A DNA stretch of 64,000 nucleotides from positions 18,589 to 82,588 of the IMG/VR virus record IMGVR_UViG_3300025141_015211, one strand, 5' to 3'. Under the pieces are notes generated by a model. It saw only the letters and a list, made by a program, of their open reading frames with translations. It did not search any database and was not told the origin of the DNA. Positions 60,087 to 64,000 of the stretch are shown piece after piece; position 1 is the first letter of the stretch; each line of letters opens with the position of its first letter. Source of the DNA: a virus. The position numbers were made by a program, and so were the translations under genes.

Positions 60087-60667
60087 TATTGTTTCCTCTT
60101 AGATATAAGTAGTGTTCTAATTTTATCTCGCAAATCATCTTCTGTTAAGTTTGATAGCTTAGACTCAATTATTTTTTGTGTTCTACTTGATAACTCACTT
60201 TCGATCTCAACAGGCCAGTCGGGCTTCATGTTCTTTAGAATCTCATCTATAGTTTGTGCCTTAGGTATATTTGTCGGGTTTTCAACAATACTTTCTTTGG
60301 GTTGTGATCTTGTAACAAGCACAGCTGACGCGCTTGGTTTCTGGAAACTTTCGTCTCTTGTCACAGTTTCAGCAAACACCTTGATAGACTTCTTAAAATT
60401 TACAGACAGTTCAAGGGGTTTAAAAATTCTATCATCTACTATCATTTCTAATATAGCTTTTTTAACCCCCTCTTCAATGATATGCTCAAGCGGAGGTACG
60501 CTCACAATTGCACGATCACTACCTTGTATCTTACCTGGGAAAGAAATATTAAAGTTTGAGTTTTCAAAAACGAGTCTACATGAAGCTTGTGCAGGCTTTG
60601 TGCCTTCAACTGAAATTTTAAATTCAAGTTCATTATTTAAATCTAAGTCTAAATCTATCTCATTCAT
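60086..60667 (-). CDS. putative structural protein
   Basis: beta-rich N-terminus; C-terminal LTEDDLRDKIR. Confidence 0.65.
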   Translation of the reverse strand: MNEIDLDLDLNNELEFKISVEGTKPAQASCRLVFENSNFNISFPGKIQGSDRAIVSVPPLEHIIEEGVKKAILEMIVDDRIFKPLELSVNFKKSIKVFAETVTRDESFQKPSASAVLVTRSQPKESIVENPTNIPKAQTIDEILKNMKPDWPVEIESELSSRTQKIIESKLSNLTEDDLRDKIRTLLISKRKQ

Positions 60668-60668
60668 T

Positions 60669-61040
60669 TTATACCCTCTTCTTTAGTCCAGTACATTCAA
60701 TAAATATTTTATAAAACGGGTTAGAACTAGAATTTCTTACATCAATAACACGAATGTCAATATCTTCGTGATATGCAGCTTTTGTTACTTTTAGCATCTT
60801 AGTACTATTAGATACTTTTTTATTATTCACAGAAAGCAATACTGCCCCTACAGTGAAAGCGTCATACAGTGCTTTTCCGGGTTCATACCTTTTGCTTTTA
60901 TCTAAACTTTCAAAACGGCGTCGTGCTCTCGAACCACCCAGCTTTTTTCTAATAGTCGCTTCAGTAGCAGGAGCAGGGCCAAACCCTACTGCGACTAGCC
61001 TTGATGTTGGGCCTAGACCTCTTGTTAATATGGGAAGCAT
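60669..61040 (-). CDS. hypothetical protein
   Basis: ILTRGLG start; ATAGTTA 5 nt upstream. Confidence 0.6.
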   Translation of the reverse strand: MLPILTRGLGPTSRLVAVGFGPAPATEATIRKKLGGSRARRRFESLDKSKRYEPGKALYDAFTVGAVLLSVNNKKVSNSTKMLKVTKAAYHEDIDIRVIDVRNSSSNPFYKIFIECTGLKKRV

Positions 61041-61048
61041 TTAATTAA

Positions 61049-61477
61049 CTATTTCTTTACACGGTCAAAGACCTCTTCAAAGGAAGGATCTCCTGAGCGA
61101 TCTTTCAATGAATACCTTGCTATTTCAGTCTCATTATCTTCTCTATAGAAGATCATTTCAAATAAATCTTTATCAATTTGCCAGCGGCCTGCTGTTATGT
61201 GCCTTGTAAAGTCAATGGTTTCATCAAGGCCGTTATAATCCTCAGAAGCATATGCTGGTGTAGCTTCGCCTGTGTCCCACAATATTGAGCCGCTGAAAGC
61301 CTCTGTAAGGTAAACACTGCCAGAATAAATACCAGAGCCTGCAAGTACTTCACCAACTCCTGAGGTTGTTCTTGAACCACTCAACGTGCCTACTGAATTA
61401 AGCAACCTATATCCGACTGTTGACAGGCTACCCTTACCACTTCCAAAATTAACTGTCTTTGTTAGTTTTATTGACAT
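61049..61477 (-). CDS. putative structural protein
   Basis: Gly/Ser-rich beta pattern; GRWQI..MIFY. Confidence 0.65.
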   Translation of the reverse strand: MSIKLTKTVNFGSGKGSLSTVGYRLLNSVGTLSGSRTTSGVGEVLAGSGIYSGSVYLTEAFSGSILWDTGEATPAYASEDYNGLDETIDFTRHITAGRWQIDKDLFEMIFYREDNETEIARYSLKDRSGDPSFEEVFDRVKK

Positions 61478-61946
61478 TTAATGACGACTCGCTCTTAACA
61501 TTTCTAATATCTTTTAGCTTTTCTGGGCGCTCTCCAAGTGTGCGCTTTTTAAAGTCTACACCGTCATTTACTTTTTTTAAAATTCTCTCTTTTCTTTTTT
61601 TCTCTTCTGTCGCTTGCTGCTTATAAGTTTCAACTTTTTCAATATTGTTATTTAATGTATCAAGTTGACCTTTTTTAAAATTTATCATATTTGCCCTCTT
61701 CATTGTTTCTGTCTGCACATACTGTTGAACTTGTGTCAATCCTTTTATAGCATTGCTAATCTTATTTTCTACTACAGGTTCTCTCTTTATTTCAAACACA
61801 ACAGAAGATACATGTGCTTGAAGATTTGTGCTGATTTCATCTACACATCTAAACTGTTCTGTAATACTTTCAATTTCTTTTACAAGCGTACTACAATCTT
61901 TTTGCCAATCTTCTTGTAGTTTCTCTAACAAATCTTTTTTTGACAT
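61449..61946 (-). CDS. coiled-coil protein
   Basis: 165 aa; GERPEKLKD.R. Confidence 0.65.
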   Translation of the reverse strand: MSKKDLLEKLQEDWQKDCSTLVKEIESITEQFRCVDEISTNLQAHVSSVVFEIKREPVVENKISNAIKGLTQVQQYVQTETMKRANMINFKKGQLDTLNNNIEKVETYKQQATEEKKRKERILKKVNDGVDFKKRTLGERPEKLKDIRNVKSESSLNVNKTNKDS

Positions 61947-61998
61947 CTTAAATGTCCCTCCGTTACATTGAATAAATTATAATTTAAAAAACAAAAAT

Positions 61999-62028
61999 GA
62001 AAAGGCCTGGGCGATAAAATCGCCCAGG
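61999..62028 (-). terminator. intrinsic terminator after the tail-fibre-like gene
   Basis: CCTGGGCGAT/ATCGCCCAGG 10-bp stem followed by CCTTTT on the minus strand. Confidence 0.75.
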
Positions 62029-62050
62029 ACCAAAAAGTAAGATAAGATTA

Positions 62051-64000
62051 TTACCTTGAATCCTCAATCATTGTAACAACATCGTCTACTTCAAGGGCGA
62101 AGAAGAACTGAAGTGCGTTAGTAGCTGTACCAACAACTTTGAAGTCGCCGCTTGCAGCAGCTGAACCAGAAGTCATCAATTGACCATTAACATAAACATC
62201 CAAGATAGCATCATTATTAGCTGCTGTTGAAGTGTTCAAATCACCTGCAATGTAAACTGCGTTAGCAGAAATACTAGATGTAACAGACTGGACAGTTTTG
62301 ACACGTGTGTTTTCTCCTGCCAGGTATGACACTAAGTCAGATGCTGGAATCTTCTTGGTTGTACCAGCGTCGTCGATGATAAACCCGTCAGTATCAGCAA
62401 TTGTAATGCTAGATCCAACAGCCACACCACCATCGAGCAAGTTAATCTCAGTTGCAGTTGAACTAATAAGAGTTCCGCCGTAAGAGAGTTTATCAGCAGT
62501 GAAGTCCGCTACGTGACTAGAGTCAATGGTAAAACATGTGGTTGAACCATGAGAAGCACCAAGACCAAACTCTAGCTTGTCAGTACCATCATCGAGACCA
62601 ATACGATAATCTTGAGCGTTTCCGTCAAAGATAAGTAATGTGTCTTCAGCGCCGGCATCACCAATTGTTAATGTTGGTGTTGTACCGCCAAGGGTCATGC
62701 CTGCAGCAGGAAGCTCAAATCTAAGCACATCTGTTCCGTTCTCATCATACTCAATTGAAGCATCACCGGCAGCACCAAATTCAAGCTTGGTATCATCAGC
62801 GAATCTCATACTAGCACCAGAGTAGTTAAGAACATCGTTGCCATCTTCATCATACTCGAACTGTGCATCATCATTAAGACCAAATGCCAAGGCCTTGTCG
62901 TCAGAAATCTGAAGACCGGCTGCTGCCAATGACATAATGTCTACACCACCACATTCGAAGTTAATTACATCATCGACCGCAGAACGGATTGATGTATCAG
63001 CATCTTCATCTAAGTCGATACGACCTTGACCGTTAAGATCAATGTCATCAACGTAGAGTTTAGCCCAAGCTGTACCATCTGCACCAAGCGCATCAGTTGA
63101 ATCAGCAGCTGAGACGAGGTTACCGTCAAGCACTAATTCGCCTCCGCCCGGGTCAACAATAACATCAGCAGCAGAGATGATTCTAACATCTGTACCGTCA
63201 AACTCTACATAGTCAGTAGAGCCAGAAAGCTCAAACTTAGCAGCACGAATTGACATTTCTGGGTTCATCGATGTTGCATCAGTAAGTGTACCACTAGTAC
63301 CAGCAACTGTACCTAATGCCCATGTGTTATTGGCAATACGACCAAAGACAACATCCGGACGGTCAGCGTTATTTGAACCTGATGCGAAAACAACACCTGA
63401 ATTAGAGTTGAGAGCGTTTGCTCCGTCACCCATAAAGATGAAAGGATCTTCGACATTTAAATTAGCAGTGTCAAGTGTTACTGTAGTACCGTTAACTGTA
63501 AGGTCACCTGTAACTATAGCGTTACCTGCAACAGTAAGGTTATCGGAAACTGTGGTTTCTGATGTAGAGTGACCAATTGTGACTGGAGCACCACTTACAT
63601 CACCAAGGATGACACCGTGATCTGTATCACCAGAGACTGTTACACCACCAACATCAGAAACTACATGTACAGAATCTGCACCTGTTCCCTGGTCAGAGTG
63701 AATCTTGATTGTCTCACTAGTACCGGCATTTGCTCTAATGTAGATAGAACTAGCTACATCATGTGCACTCGTCAGTAATAATTGCCCACCATTTATAGCA
63801 ACATCTTTACCAGCTGCAGCGTCAATATCAACACCGCCTGCTGTTGAAGTGATTGCAATAGCAGACTCACTAGTTCCCGCATCGTTAACAAGGGTTATTG
63901 TCTGTGAAGTTCCTGCATCTGCATGAAGCTTAATAGCGTCTGCAGCATCTTCATTGGCAGTTACAACTGCTCGACCACCTTCCATCCACAGATCTTTATC
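62051..64000 (-). CDS. tail fibre / long structural protein (5' part outside window)
   Basis: Gly/Ala/Asp-rich beta repeats (GDLTVNGT; DD.KL.FG...D..I.YDE); frame open to 64000. Confidence 0.7.
   Translation of the reverse strand, partial: DKDLWMEGGRAVVTANEDAADAIKLHADAGTSQTITLVNDAGTSESAIAITSTAGGVDIDAAAGKDVAINGGQLLLTSAHDVASSIYIRANAGTSETIKIHSDQGTGADSVHVVSDVGGVTVSGDTDHGVILGDVSGAPVTIGHSTSETTVSDNLTVAGNAIVTGDLTVNGTTVTLDTANLNVEDPFIFMGDGANALNSNSGVVFASGSNNADRPDVVFGRIANNTWALGTVAGTSGTLTDATSMNPEMSIRAAKFELSGSTDYVEFDGTDVRIISAADVIVDPGGGELVLDGNLVSAADSTDALGADGTAWAKLYVDDIDLNGQGRIDLDEDADTSIRSAVDDVINFECGGVDIMSLAAAGLQISDDKALAFGLNDDAQFEYDEDGNDVLNYSGASMRFADDTKLEFGAAGDASIEYDENGTDVLRFELPAAGMTLGGTTPTLTIGDAGAEDTLLIFDGNAQDYRIGLDDGTDKLEFGLGASHGSTTCFTIDSSHVADFTADKLSYGGTLISSTATEINLLDGGVAVGSSITIADTDGFIIDDAGTTKKIPASDLVSYLAGENTRVKTVQSVTSSISANAVYIAGDLNTSTAANNDAILDVYVNGQLMTSGSAAASGDFKVVGTATNALQFFFALEVDDVVTMIEDSR

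Overview
Gene-dense, AT-rich segment of a large (jumbo-type) tailed dsDNA bacteriophage genome using the standard genetic code. There is no rRNA, CRISPR array or IS element. The first ~9.5 kb is mainly on +, and almost everything after is on -. Recognisable genes: four tRNAs (Arg, Asn, Gly, Thr), GroEL, DnaK, DnaJ, a second J-protein, DnaE-type polymerase, an RpoD-like sigma factor, nucleotide-metabolism and NDP-sugar enzymes, an Fe/Mn SOD-like protein, an MBD4-like glycosylase, vWA lipoproteins resembling those of Myxococcota/Bdellovibrionota (tentative host hint), and a partial tail-fibre-like gene at the right end. Most notable: (1) a sigma-70 that stops before region 4.2, followed by a separate region-4.2-like HTH gene, together with five CGTGTA(A/T)-N17-TATAAT promoters; (2) a recurrent LRxxI(K/R)ExLxE helix at the termini and domain boundaries of ~15 proteins, often downstream of an ATAnTTA motif, suggesting addressed, protease-processed virion cargo that includes a ligase/NTase/nuclease polyprotein; (3) a candidate pyrimidine-hypermodification cluster around dnaE; (4) an unassigned structured RNA with alternative folds; (5) a tRNA-Asn with an A8:U14 swap. 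All family assignments were made by eye from motifs; no searches were run.
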